NCBI GenBank assembly: GCA_030704615.1
Contig: CM060731.1
Coordinates: 90,892,001-90,956,000, forward strand
Direction of reading: 5' to 3'
DNA: 64,000 bases
From: Takakia lepidozioides
Lineage: Eukaryota > Plantae > Bryophyta
Shown here: in pieces, positions 12,521-25,900 of the stretch
Position numbering within the stretch: position 1 is the first letter of the stretch
Layout of the letters: every line of letters starts with the position of its first letter
Position numbers and translations under genes: made by a program
The notes under the pieces: generated by a model
Seen by the model: the letters and a program-made list of their open reading frames with translations, nothing else
Told to the model about the DNA's origin: nothing
The model's database searches: none

Positions 12521-15500
12521 AGAGAGAGAGAGAGAGAGAGAGAAGACTCCGGCCGAAGCCGGCGTAACTTAGAGCCACTTTGCCTTACGGCTACTGCCCC
12601 CTATTGGGGGTGGGCCCTATGATAAAACTGGTGCCCGGTTGGGCACCTAGTAACCAGAGGTGTGTGTGTATGGGTGGGTTAATGGTAACAGGGAGGGGGT
12701 TACCCCTCCCTGGGGGGCACCCCGGGTGCCTAGGGTAATGTGGTGGAGTTGGATTCAAGTTTTCTTTTATTGGTGATAATGGCGGTGAGAGAGCAAAGAG
12801 CTGTGAGGTGAATAGCTTGAAAGCATTTGTGGATCGGAGAGATTGGAATATGAAAAATTTTGTGCAGGTCTTTAATGCTGGCATTGTGGATGCCGCCTCT
12901 GGAGCCTGCCGTGATGACGGTGAGGGGACCAGTACGCCATCCTTGGCGGCGGATAGCTAGGATAAGTGGGGCATATTTTTGTCTTTTCTCTAATATAGCG
13001 TCTTGTGGATAGCGGTCATGGCAGTATGTGAATTCGCTGAAGTGGATAGTAAGTGATGTGGAGGGTGTGGTAGGAAGTGAGGCCGTTGTGGGTAAGCCTT
13101 GCACCAATAGGATGTCCGGGCATAGTCTGGCGAGGCAGGTGCATGTTTGAGAGGTGCATATGCATGGGAGTAGCCAGGGTGGGACCGTGTGATCAGGTGG
13201 GCGGCCTTGGTATGTGCCGGCATTGAGAAGTGTGTACCATCTGGTTTCGGCACGACTAAGGAGTAATTTGTGGATGTGCCAAACTGCTTGGTTGTGGCGG
13301 GTGATATGTAGGCCGTGTATAATGGGGTGTGTGCATTAGCTAAGTAGGTGTGGCCAGGTGTCTCGTTCTTGGTGAGTGTTGGAACACATGGGGCAGTATG
13401 GGGATGGGAAGAGACGTGGCTAGAAAATGTGTTTACGTTGGTGGCCCATGTACTGGGCGTATCTGAATTTGAGGGTTTGTCGAATTTGTGCATCTGTGGT
13501 GATTTTGGTGTTCCAGAAGTGATTTGAGAGTTTATGGTGGAGTATGGAGGATTGTGTCCATTTTTGTATATGGACTTTAGTGTGGCTGATTGAGGTGGCG
13601 GCTTGTTTGTTAGCCTCCCGGGTGAGAGTGGCTAGAAGGTTGCGGATAGGTCTGGGTGCAGGTGGTCCTGGGACGGGGTGTATAAACCAGAATGGATGAG
13701 TATGGGCGACGTGAATAGGGTCAGAAGATGGGAGTACAGGGGGCTCGGCGGTGTCAGCTTGGGCGAGTAAGTCGGCAGCCTCATTGCCATGTATCCTAGT
13801 GTGCGAGCGAACTTCATAGATGTGGTTGGGATTGAGAGAGAGCTAGTTGGATAGTGGCGGCGATAAGGTTGCGGTCTGGGTGGTGGTGATGGGATGATGG
13901 ATGCGCAAGATGGTTACGGAGAAGGAAGAGTGAGGTGAGACTGTCAGTGAAAATATAATAAGGGGGGGAAGGCATCTAGTCTTGATATGGCTTCGTAGAT
14001 AGCCGTGAGTTCTGCTCGTAGGATTGTGGCGGGACCAGGTAGGCGGAGGGCAAGCCATTGTTGGGTGGCCGCATGGAATACCCCATAGCCGGCGCTTGAG
14101 TTCATGACGGAACAGTCTATGTAATGGGAGTGGATGAGGGGAATCTGAGAGATTTTTGTTGTTGGTAAATTTGAGGGATGATGGGTGGGGCTACAGTGTG
14201 GGTGGTGTGTGGTGGGCGTGTGGGGGCCTGTAGCCATGCCTTATTGGGTTTAATATTTCGAAAAGGGGTCGGGGTGGTATCGTAGTCTGGGGTGGGCTGT
14301 TTGTGGGGGGGGGGGGGGCAATGCCCGCTTTTATTTTGTGTACGTGTATGAGTAGTTTGTGGAGATCTTGGAGGAAAGGAGGGGAGATGTGGGCTGAGAT
14401 GGGGTTTTGTATTAGTAAGATGAGAGTTAGAGATGATTCCTTCTGCTGGAGGTATTTGGGGAGAGGGGGGGTGTGTGTGTATTTAAGTTGATTTGGCTCA
14501 ATGGTTGCTATTAGATGAGTACCAGTGGGGAGACGTAGGAGGGGGTGGGAGTCATTGGGCGAGTTTTGTTGGGTGATAATACATATGGTGAGGGCGGTAG
14601 GGGAAGCCTTGGCAGCCAGGCGTGGCCATTGGAGGGCTTCGTGTGTCACCGGCCCTCGTGGGGGATGAGCAAGGCCTTTGCCGGACCATGTGTGTTTGGT
14701 GGCGGTACCAGTGGCTCCAAAAAGGCAGTCTCGTGGGCTGGCATATGTGGTTATTTCCATGGGGCATGTAAAGGGGGCTGGAATAATATGAGTGTGTGAG
14801 CTGGAATGAGTTGATGAGTAGTGTGAGAATGTCTTGGGGAAGGGTGTTGTGGGTGCATGCATGTGCTAGCCGGTTCGGGGAGCGTGGCTTTTTCGGGGGG
14901 GGGGTTGTCCTTGAGATATCTTTGAATTAGCCAGTCGATTTCGGTGGCAAAGTCTTGTTTGGGAGGTTGTAGGGATGGTATGTGGCTTGGTGCATTGGAA
15001 TATTTTTCCCATAGCCATTGCAAGCGATTCGGGATTAAGCCTATGAATCTGCCATATTTAGCGTAGATATTAGAGAAGCGCGGGCCCATGTAGATCATGG
15101 GGGAGTCGTGGTTAATGTCTTTGTCAGGGTTGTATTCAGTGATGTTGATATGGAGGTTGGGGGCTTGGATTGGGTTTTGTACGTATCGTTGATCCTTGGG
15201 TTGGGTGGGGGAGGCATGTTGTTGATGAATGTGGGTGAGGAAGTTGGTGTTGGTAAGTTTGTGGAAGTTGGTCAGGAGGGTGAGGTTATGTGCTGGGTCA
15301 CAGTCATCGTGGGAGCCGAAAAGATCTTCTTCAATTTGCCAGGTGTTATCTTTGGAGGGGTACCTGACCCATTTGCAGAGGTAGTAAGTGTCTACACATG
15401 TGGCACCAAAAGAGTCTGTCGACGTTTGGGTTTTGATGCCAAGAATAGCTCAATAACATATGCATCAGGGTTTTCGTAGTTGTGTGATTGGGTGTTATAC

Positions 15501-16335
15501 AGTGGTGGTGCTAGGTGATGAGAGGGAGAGGTAATGTTTAAGGGGTCTAAAGGGGGGCATGGGGGCAATCTTGGCTCAGCAAGGTTGGAGAGGGGGGTGA
15601 TAGATGGTGTTGGAAGTATGGGGTGGGGGATGCATTGTAATTATTGGCTCGTGCGGCTTGAAGTTTTTGGAGGATGGATGTTGTAGGGTCGGTGCGATAT
15701 TGGGGGAGTAGATCTTGGGGAGTGTGGGGGAAGTATGGGTATGGGATTATACAGTCCAAAATACAGGAGGGTGAGGGATGACAAAATAGGGTGCGGAGGA
15801 AGTGTAGGTATCGACAGGTTTTGGTAGTGGCTCTGGAGTATTTGAGGATGAATTCTTTAGGTGTGATGAGTCTATGTCCGGTGGCGGTGATGAGTTGGGT
15901 GAGGGTGGTGATGTGGCATTCCCGGAAGTAGGTGAGGGTGGGCGTTCTTTGTTTAGGGTGGGAAGTGTTCAGTTGTGATAGGTAAGGGCTAGTGAGCCAT
16001 GCTCGTTCTAGTTGAAACGAGGTAATGGGATAGTTTGGTAAGTCTGTTTGTATACTGATATTTATTTGTTGTAGGATGAGCAAGGTACGTGTGGTGGGAG
16101 AGTGCAGGCAAGCCTGTGGGTGTAATGATGGGAGGGAGTATAGACCATTGTATTTGAGGGCAAGGAATTTGAGGAGTCCCTGGTAGATTGTACCTAAGCG
16201 GCCAGGGTCGTTGAGGGCTTCTTTTATTTGTGTGCCGAGTGTGCGGGCATAGGAGATGATTAAAGGGCTGGATCCGATACCGTAGTAGTCGGTAAGGAGT
16301 TGGGTGAGGGCATTGGGGGTACTAGTGGGTAGGGC
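12521..16335 (-). mobile_element. Dualen/RandI-like LINE copy 1, 3' segment: PCIF1-like MTase fold, RNase H, CCHC + restriction-like endonuclease, (CT)n tail
   Basis: RNase H (ID.SV...RAEL...TDS...VRSH...GNEAAD); CxxC...H...C then RHN, PDILL...EFTYCHD...KRQKY (RLE); (GA)n run at 12521-12542 on + strand. Confidence 0.85.
14560..15060 (-). pseudogene. PCIF1/CAPAM-like N6-adenine methyltransferase fold inside the LINE ORF (one frameshift, degenerate catalytic motif)
   Basis: LQWLWEKY...FATEIDWLIQRY...TLPQDILTLLINSFQLTHSYYSSPL/TC...YASPRDCLFGATG...WSGKGLAHPP is collinear with PCIF1 as recalled (KLWLLY...VWCLLRRY...LP..VF..L...F....ECFASPLNC...D.YFGSRG...SGSFEANPPF). Confidence 0.65.
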
Positions 16336-17199
16336 GAGGTTTACTATTTCATGAGCAGAAACCATGAGCCATGAGCCATGAGCCGCATGAGCGGTGAGCC
16401 GAAGTCTAAGATACGCGGATTTCATGAGCGCTCCTCCAAATTTGGAAATGCGGCAGATTAAACAAGTATTAAAATAATAGTTTTTTATTTGACCTTGCCG
16501 TTTTTGGATGTTCCAGATCATGTAATGCGGCGAAGATATGTCGTCAGTAACAAGTCCGCTCATGGTTTTATAGATCCGCTCATGGAAATAAGTGACCGTG
16601 CAACGGGAAATCCAGTATACCACTGCAAAAGGACGTCGCATACTGGCCTGTATAGAGTATTCCGCGGTTTTACATGCCTTAACATTGGAATGAAGCTGAC
16701 CCTTTTGCCGCGATTGAACCAATGGAGTCTGCACCAATACAGTCTGCAGTACTTCACAATTCTGTCTTCTTCGGGTATTCGGCGGGAAAGGTTTGCAACT
16801 GAACTGGGAAATAAGGTGCCGCATTAGGGTTCGCACGTGCGAAATTTCGGAGCGGTTTGGTGTTGGCGAAGGCCGCCTCTACCAGTACCTACGACGATAC
16901 TTGGAAATGCGGCGCCGCATTTCTTGTCGGAGGTCGAATGAGGAAAGCAAGTTTTTTGGAAAGCAGAAAAACATGAACCCTCCAACATACAAAAATACAT
17001 GCACGTGGAAACAAGTGAACGATATAGTAATATCTTAGTTCGAGCAAAACAGGTTACTGGTAGGCAAGACATATGTTGGACCTTTCTGTGGCCAGAGTCT
17101 GAGGTACTGGCAGCAGTACAGTTCTACTATCCGAAAAGGATGGGCGTACCATTGTATTGGGACCGCAAGCCAAGCTCACTGGTCCCCTGGATCCATATT

Positions 17200-20100
17200 C
17201 AGAAGAGTGTGAACCTCCTGGGGGCTCAACCCTGGTGCATGTATGAAGTGATGAGTTGTGGAATTACAACGGAGTCTCTTTAGGTACACGTAGTACAAAT
17301 GCTTGCAAGGCAGTATGATGCCCCCTTGTTCGCCATGATCTGGAAGTCGGTGCAATTGCAGGTGGGTAATTCTGAAATGGTGATGGTGTACACCTCATTG
17401 CGAACAGCTGAGCCCGCCGTGGCCATCTGATACACACGCCCGAATCCTGGTGGGGGCACTTCTGTCGAGCTCTGGATTGTACAGTTCATCCGAAGTGCAT
17501 TCCCCATCCTTGTCTCGTTCACTTTTGAGGGAGGTCGCCGCCTCTTCGGTTTCCCCCAACGGTGTGTAGGATGCTTAGAGCTGTCGTGTCCCATTGTTCT
17601 TGCTCTCACAGGGGTCGGTGGTGGAGGCTGTGGAAGCGGAAATGGTTGTCTGGGGACGTCAGTGCGCTGCACCATCCGAAATCCTGCGGCGGTAAGGGCG
17701 TCGGCCTCAACCTGACTCAGATCGCAGCCTGGTTCCACCGGCCACACCGGGGGAGCCTCTGGCATTGTTTGTATGCCGTACTTGGGCTTTCCATACACGC
17801 AAGTCATAATGTCGTGCCTGCAGAACCAGAACTGGGTGGTTGTCCTCCGCAAACTTTGCATGGACAAATCTTCCTGTAAAAGTAGGAGCAGGGACAGCCC
17901 CATCTGGATTCCTCCTTATCATCTCTAAACAACGTTGCCGTGTATCCACACGAATTGCGGAACACCTTCCTCGAAACGACGGCTTTGTGCGAGCAATTCT
18001 CCACTGTGATGCAGACACAGTCGTCTCCACAATGGCTTGGCCATACTGCATAACAGCGGGCGGAATCTGGGGCAAGGGAGCGGTGGGAATTTCTCGCACG
18101 AAATCCCCGGTTGAAGGCGACGGCGATCTGGAATTTCTTGGGCTTCCACTGCTGGAAGACACATTGTGCGGCAACATGACGGGACCTCGAGGTGCTGTCC
18201 GAATGTTCCTGTCGGATCTCCAGGAATCCTCTTCGCACCCGGGTTCCTCTTCAATCCTCCGCCTGACAGGGCGAGTCCGGACGTCCCCCTCTAGGTGTTC
18301 ACCTCTGCGGTGCAGAGGCGTCCCTTTGATCTTCTCTCGCAATGCTGTCGCCCATTTCACTGGATTCTTGGACCTCGAAGCTGTTCGTACCAACAATTCC
18401 TCCCTGTCGGCCCAAAGCCCCATTGTTTGCGCTCAGGAACTTGTAGTACGTGGCTTGCTGCATGATTGCTCTGTCGATGTCCTCCGTTGTGGCCGTCACT
18501 ACGTCCACCAGATGTGCGGCAGAAGACGCTCGCCAGGAGGAGTGGACCGATTCTGCCATATTCGTGTTCGGCATGTCCGTGTCGGAATCCAAGCACCGCT
18601 CCTAGAAGGACACAAACAATGGTGAGGGACCAATCGAAATGTCCGTAACAGAAAGACAAATGAACGAAAATGACAGCCTACCTCCCGCATGTACTGTCCG
18701 AACTGTCGATACCGAAAATGCCACCACCCCAACCAGCTGTGCAATGCTCCCAGATTGGTTGTCTCCACTGCACCTGACGTGTTCCACCAAGCCTCGATGA
18801 TAGCAAACTTAACCTCCGCGTCATCAAATGTGGGTGCATCCTTCCACGCCGTACAAAGGACACGGTGTTCAGCCTGGAATGAGCTAGCAACAAATTTGGT
18901 AGTGTAGTGGGATAGACTCTGCATCCAATGGAATCCACAGGATCTCTCTTTCCCCTCCATTGGAACATTGGGGTCCTCCGTACACACGCCGCACCGCTGC
19001 CCAGTTGGCCTGAGCGTTTCTGCCATGAATCCCCTGAAATTGGGCTCTGGCAATCCCGCCCTTGCCATCTGCTCGTTTATGCCCTCCCACAGATGCATCT
19101 CGGACTGTGTGTCCTCCCCTTTCATCTCGCAGATTGCAATCGTCATGAGCCTCTTGGAGTGATAGTCATAAACATGCGCACCCATAGTCACCCACTGATG
19201 GTTTGTAATTCGCTTGATGTGATCAAACATCACCCAAGCATTCGACAAGTTTCCAGTTGTCATGCGAGTGACCAAGTCGACTCCACTCCCAGGCCCACAC
19301 GTCGACATTTTGAAAATGTAACAACGATCGGATTCGCTGCCTTGCCCTGGAAACCTGCTACCTTGGATGTAGTCATATCCAGTCATTCCGTTTCACCTCA
19401 GGATTGAGTACATGTCCGACCCCTGCCGAACTCCTGCTTGCAAGATACGATGTGATTCCGCACATTCGGACTACAAACGTGCGAGAACGGACTCCAAGAG
19501 GTCACGCATCTCGTCTTCGTCAAGGGCTCTCGGTCGGAACCATCTTCAGACATGATTTTGCCAAGAGCAATCTTGTGGGCTGCCTTCAGCTGAATCTGCT
19601 TTGGTCTGGCTCCGGGGCTCAATTTCACCTCCTCTTTTTATGATGTCGTGTGCTTCCTGCACAGCCTCCGCATGTTGCCTCTCGCCAAGGGGTGGCAGTG
19701 GACCCCAACGTGTATGCAAGCTCTAGTCAAGTCCGGGAGCAAATGGATTACGTAATATTGCTTGGCTCTGCACATGGACATGCACGTCGGTGGTTCTTTG
19801 CAATGTGCACACTTGAAAGAACCCGCAGGAGCTTGGCTGGAGACAATGAATGGATGATGCGTTGTGCCAGTCCAATCCGTCTCGTTTCTCCGCCCTCCTT
19901 TGGAGAGAAAGTGGAAGCAGGTGGGATTGAGGCACCTCAGCTTCCCCGCACAGAGGACATATCGTACACGAACACCATCAGCAATTTTCGTGCTACTGGT
20001 CTTCGTCACACACACAGGGGTGTCCGTCATGCTTTCGATCCATGTCTGTTAACATCCCGGAGGCTTTGTTTGACGAAGAAACAGGTGGAAACTCGAAGAT

Positions 20101-20770
20101 GACATTGCCATCGACTTCGGAGGCAGAAACGTTACCTTTCTGACTGGGAATTTGGCATAGTCGAGAGCAGCCAGCTCGGAGCGAGAACCATCGAGGTGAT
20201 GTTGTCGTAGGAGCTGCACAATGGACCGGGTTGGAGTTATGCTCGAGGGCACATGCGTAGCACCTACAGAGACGTCCATGCCGGATTTGAACGACCGTGT
20301 GGAGGACATGGGTACCTCAATGCAATCATCTTCCTCGTCGGAAATGTCGAATACGTCCACACGAGAAGCTATGGAGGGTCTTGACGGTCCAGGTCGGGAA
20401 TGATTATCGTTGCATACCTCTCTGTTGGCAGTGGCCGCCTGTCGGTTTCCGGACTCCTTTGTGGATGGTGTGGGCAGCGACTGATTCGGAAAGGGAATGG
20501 GCATTCCCACAGCTCGGTACAGGATGGTGTCTGATGGGGGACGTGCCATTCGATTCCGCAACCTCCGTCGTTACCTAGCACGACAATGGTCTCGTCAACC
20601 TGTCCAGGAACATCCTTCCTTTCTTCTTCCAAATAAACTGTGCCCGGTTTGAGCTTGAATTTGGAACAAAGGTAAGTTTCAGTCACTCTGCAAAGTCCTC
20701 CCTCGTTTGGGATCCAGGCTCTCCCAAGTTGCGGAGGACAGCAAACTATAGCGTAGGAATTCGGAGCCAT
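17200..20770 (-). pseudogene. E1 transposase: GCM-like DNA-binding domain, MULE-type DDE, SWIM finger; one intron 18602-18681; frameshifted
   Basis: YVLCAGKLRCLNPTC...CAHC...GVHCHP (GCM-like); WVMFDH, FMA, CGFH, NMAESVH; CNCTDF...CKH (SWIM). Homologous to 48420-52009 with the intron at the same position. Confidence 0.85.
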
Positions 20771-21183
20771 CGAACACGCACGAAGTTGGCAAGTGCGAGG
20801 TTCAGTATAGCGACAGACCAAGGCTCACAGGCACCATGCGGAGTCCATCGACGATTGGAAGTCGCACATTGAAGTGGAAAGTATTGTTTCAAGCTACATG
20901 CATGAAGGTGGGAGGTTGATTCCATAGCCAGTAAGTAGACAATGATGGCCGATTCGGCGACGAAATAACATCTCCTGACAGTTTCTCCTGAGGGTGGATC
21001 CAGCAGTATTCTCGGTGCAGACAGGAACGTTCGCACTGACAAGTGCCAGGACTGTTAGTTAAAACGGTCAGACAACCAAGTTGTGCTCATCAAGACTGGC
21101 CGCAATTGTGTTGTTTCGGAACAATGCAACCCATTCAGGTTCCAGATTTCCCGTCCGAGTGATTCTTTCGATTGCTGGTGGAC

Positions 21184-22620
21184 GGAAATACGGCGCCGCA
21201 TTTCCGTATTGCATCTTGGTCATGCACCAGAGCGACGGAAATGCGGCACCGAGTTTCCGTCCGGGGGAAACCTTTATACTCTCCAGAACGGAAATGCGGT
21301 AACGCATTTCCATCCAGCAAGCACGGTATGTGAAGGTGGAACGGAAATGCGGTACCGCATTTCCGTTCTGATTGAGAATTATGAACAACGGGAACAGAAA
21401 TGCGGCACCGCATTTCCGTCCGAGTCGCACTTTCCGACATTCCAGAACGAAAATGCGGCGCCGCATAAGGGAGAACGGAAATGCGGTACATTTCCATCCA
21501 AAAGCACGGTATGTGAAGGTGGAACGGAAATGCGGTACCGCATTTCCGTTCTGATTGAGAATTATGAACAACGGGAACACGTTTCCATTTTGTATCTGAT
21601 GCATGGAGCCGAGTGCAATTCCGACCGCTTGAGACGCGCAATTCCGATTGAGACATTCATACTATCCAGAACGGAAATGCGGTACCCCCGCATTTCCGTT
21701 CTGACTGAAATCGTGAACCATCGGAACGAAATGCCGCATTTCCATCCGAGTCGCACCTCCAACATTCCAGAACGAAATGGCACCGCATTTCCGTTCTGAT
21801 GAAAAATCTGAAACATCTGAAATGCGGTACCGCATTTCCGTCGGAGTCGCACCTTCCGACATTCCAAAACGGAAATGCGGCGCGCGCATTACCGTTTGTA
21901 TGTGAGGCATGGAGCTGTGGAACGAAAATGCGGCACGCATTTCCGCCAGTGTCAGACCGTTAATACTCTACAGAACGGAAATGCGGTACCGCATTTCCGT
22001 TCTGACGAAAATCGTGAACAACGGGAACAGAAATTCGGCTCCGCATTTCCGTCCGAGTCGCACCTTCCGACATTCTCGAACGGAAATGCGGCGCCGCATT
22101 TCCATCCATGTGAGACCTTCAAACTTTCCAGACCGGAAATGCGGCACCGCATTTCTGTTCAGGTGAGACCTCTATACTTTCCCGAACGGAAATGTGGCAC
22201 GGCATTTCCGTTCATCAACTGCGGTATGTGAAGGGGGAACGGAAATGCCGGTACCGCATTTCGTTCACATTGAAAATCATGAACCACGGGAACTGAAATG
22301 TTGCCGCATTTCCGTCCGAATCGCACCTTTCGACATTCCTGAACGGAAATGCGGCGCCGCATTTCCCTTTTGTATCTCATACATGGAGCTGTGGGACGGA
22401 AATGCGGCACCGTATTTCCGTTCAACAACTAAGGTATGTGAAGGTGGAACGGAAATGCGGTGCCGCATTTTCTTCCAACAAGTACGGATGTGTAGCTTCG
22501 TGATGGTACTTAACGGAAATGCGGCGCCGCATTCGCATTTTCACTCCAACTCATCAGACGCTGGGACGGAAATGCCTTGAAATGTGAACACGTGGAGCAA
22601 CGGAATTGCGGCACATGTCT
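21184..22620. repeat. Array of ~25 copies of the 22-bp palindrome GGAAATGCGG(C/T)(G/A)CCGCATTTCC, period 53 bp
   Basis: Starts at 21184, 21237, 21290, 21343, 21396, 21449 and 21818, 21871, 21924, 21977, 22029, 22082, 22135, 22188, 22241, 22294, 22345, 22398, 22451; ~31-bp spacers of several recurring types. Confidence 0.95.
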
Positions 22621-22971
22621 GCACTCTATCTGACTGAAGGGCATGAGGCGGCGCGGCCTGACCGTTGGATAATGATGTTTGTTTTTCGGACGGCAGGCGT
22701 ACCCTGAACGATTCGAATTTCGTAATGACGCAAAGTCCACGAGGAGACACTTTCGTCCAACCCTTTCGAACCCAAGTGGTGGTGCATCACCGCCGTTTCA
22801 TCTACTTTTGTCGTGTCTCCTCAGTCACCCCTCTCGCGCCCTTTCCATCTGCACTCTTTGCCCCTTTTCCCTCTCTCTGTTCTTTATGCTCGAACCTGAG
22901 AGGGGGGGAGTTCGTGCACCAGACAGGAGACCTCGTCGCAAGCTCCGAAATTATACTTCGGACGTAGGCCA

Positions 22972-25900
22972 ATGCCGAAGGGGAGGAAGCAGATGCGTCT
23001 ACAGGAGGAGATTGCCATCTCCGAGCAGCAGGCCACTCAGGCAACCCAGCCACCAGTGAGAGCTCCATGCGATCGGGCTGCGCGCAGCTGATCGAGCACC
23101 GAACCCCCCATTTTGCTTCTGTAATTCTTAGACTGAATGCTAGGAGACTTGAATGCAGAACATGTTTGCATGCCTAACAGGAAAGGTGGACGTGCTGGAG
23201 GGATCGCAGGAATCCGAAGAGCCGCAGGAAGAGTCCGAGGAGCTAGCTGCAGCACGTACACCCACCCGATCCCCGAGCGCGGGTATTCCTGCCGGGCCTA
23301 GCCCTGTGCGTTTCAAAGACGCGGCTTCGAAGGGCAAGTTCAAAGCCCAGAGATCGACTCGCGTTCTTCGGTCATGGAGAATCGCCAGCAGGGGTCGGGC
23401 CCTTCTCCAGCAAAGTCGAAGAAGAAGCAGCCCGTCCCTCTACTGGTTTCTGAACGGCTCAGGCCGATTCACCCCCCCAACGCGAATGAAGCAGCAGGGT
23501 AAAAGACAGATTCAATTGCAGCAGACACCTTCACCTGCAAGGATGAGGAAGCAGAAGGCAATCAGGGCGACGGCGAACAATCTCCCGCAAAACCGCTTCC
23601 ACGAGCTGAAGCTCAGTTCCTGGAGGATTTCCCGCCTGCAGATGTTGGGGCCGACTCTGCTGCAGCGAAGGCAATGGGATCGACCGTTTCTCGATTTGGT
23701 ACCGGAGGAGGGTGCTGCCGCTCAACGTTCGCAGCAAGACCTCACCACCGATGAGCAAGCAGGCCCGGAGGAGGCCTCTGCAATGGCAGAATTGCCCGCA
23801 GACAGGCCCCAGAGTGCAGCTCCAGTTGAGGATGCTCCAGCTGCTCAGCCACTACCGGCACCTACAGACATGTCTCCGGAGGATTTCAAAAGTGCAGCGG
23901 ATAAAATGTTGGAGGAGACACACAGTAGCATTGGCAGAGTTCTGGGCAGCAGGGTATTCCAGCGGACTCTTCGAATCCCACTCTGTCGCATGGTCTCCCT
24001 TCCCATCGTCAGGCAGGCCCTTCCCGGAGATGTGGATAAGCTCAAGTTCGCATTTCGAGAAGGGTACCGTCTGGGATCGGCAGCGTTTTACGTTTCCATT
24101 GAGAATGAGGACGGCGAAACTCGTGGACCCACTGCCGATGATGAATTGTCAACGTGGGATACCCACTGGCACACTCGCAACACGAATTCGAGGCGACGCT
24201 GAAGGGTGATCCAGACTTCGGCCATATGTCGGGTAAAATGTTCTTTGTGTGGGACGGGAATCACCGACTTCTCGCCTGGTGGGAGTACATCAAGCAGAAC
24301 CATGCCAAGCACATTGGCTGGCATTACATGGTGGAGTGTGTCATCCTCAAGGTGAAGGCGGCAGACTCCTCCCTGCTCAAGAATGCCATGGCGGACCTCA
24401 ACTCGTAAGATACTCATACCCTCCCTAGCACGTTCGAAATGCGGTGCCGCATTTCGGTTTCCATTCTGGTTTTGTTTCCGTGCTTCCGTGTACTGAACTG
24501 GAGAGTGTGCCTTGCAGGGTCACTGAAAATGCGTACGTGCATACCCACATGGCACATATGCTGTACAGGGTGAGGAAAACTGGTCTCACTGATCCGCAGA
24601 TGTTTGCGGAAATGCTGGAGCCCGAGCTCATTCAGAAAGCCGTTGCAAAAACAGACCGGACATGGTATCGTCTCACTATGGATGGAATGGTGGAGGTGAT
24701 ATACGAAGTAAGTCGTCCTCCAATTTCCCTCTGCTCATCCTTCCCAATTTCCAGTAATCTTTCCACATGAATCGAATGTAACGCTTCTGCATGTTTTTGT
24801 TGGCAGTCAAACATCAAGCTGGATTTGGCCCATGCCAAACGCTTCTTCATGGAAAGTGAGGGGCAGGTGAAAACGTTGCAGTCATTGACTGAGCACTTGA
24901 AGGAAGCCGGTGTCAAGTCCAGAACCAAATACAAGTCAAAGCTTGTGAAGCTGGTGGCAATTGCAGATCCGGCACTTGGAAAGGACTTCATCCCCGAGAT
25001 TGCAAAACACTATTCTCGGGCCATGCAGCCGACCATGCAATTGGAGAAACTGCATCCTCTCAACGGCATGTGTGGGGCGAAAGAGAAGGTGAGGTTTCAA
25101 TGCACTGAAGTTCCTTCCTAGCAATAGCCACTCTCTTCCAGCTCCTGACATTGGATCGGAAATGGCAGACACGGTGGCTGTCGATCTGGAATGCATCCGA
25201 GAGCATAAGGACAATGTGGTCTTTTCCACTGGAAGTTTCCGACCCTGCAGTGGATGTGTGGCTCAACCGCATGACTTGGTGTGGTTCCAGGTAATTCAAG
25301 GTACTTCCCCAGATTTGCTTTTCTGAAATGAATTCCCTGAACTGCTACGTGACAATGCATTTGGGAATCGCAGGTAATGTCGAATGCGAAGGAGCAAGTC
25401 GTAATGCACACAAATTCGTTCGGCTTGTACGTCAAATGGGATGGAACACAGACATTGGAAGACTACGTGACACGTTTCAGATGTGCGTACAAGGACAACC
25501 TTTTCGCCAGAGAGCTACAGACAGCAAGAAGGAGCGTGGAGTTTACACATCAGGAGGGAGCGGGGAAAGCTGCAATGCGAATTGTTTACAGGTGAAGCAC
25601 AGCTGCCCTTGTATGCGAAGCCTGGTTACGAGGTTTGTCTCGGAAATGCGGCACCGCATTCGCATTTTATGTTTTCGGTGGCACTCTGCGAGTAGGTTGG
25701 TCTCAACTTTGCTCACGCATGCTGACTGCCTTGCAGGTATATGAAATACGTGCTCCTTCAGACAGGGGCCCTGGCTCAAGCCCCCGTTCTTCATGGCTTG
25801 GACCGTGGCGGGCCCAAGCTGTGTCTACACACCCGAGATGCAGAAACAATGGCATCCCGCGCATCTCGTTGGATGCCCCTGGTACCTGGACATGTCTGGC

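Noticed and set aside
15547-16836. 429-aa ORF
   Set aside because: Chimeric read-through from the E1 left end into the LINE ORF; only the part below 16336 is genuine LINE coding sequence.
17840-18625. Long antisense ORFs (also 25825-26487, 49164-49721, 50567-51355)
   Set aside because: Shadows of coding sequence on the opposite strand; no recognisable motifs.
21068-22580. ORFs with repeated 'EMRRRIS'/'KCGTAFP' peptides (also 28051-28952)
   Set aside because: Translation by-products of the palindrome array on both strands.
21184-22620. CRISPR array (palindromic repeat with constant-length spacers)
   Set aside because: Spacer types recur in duplicated blocks, repeats are degenerate, no cas genes are present and the context is eukaryotic. 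Kept as a phased motif array.
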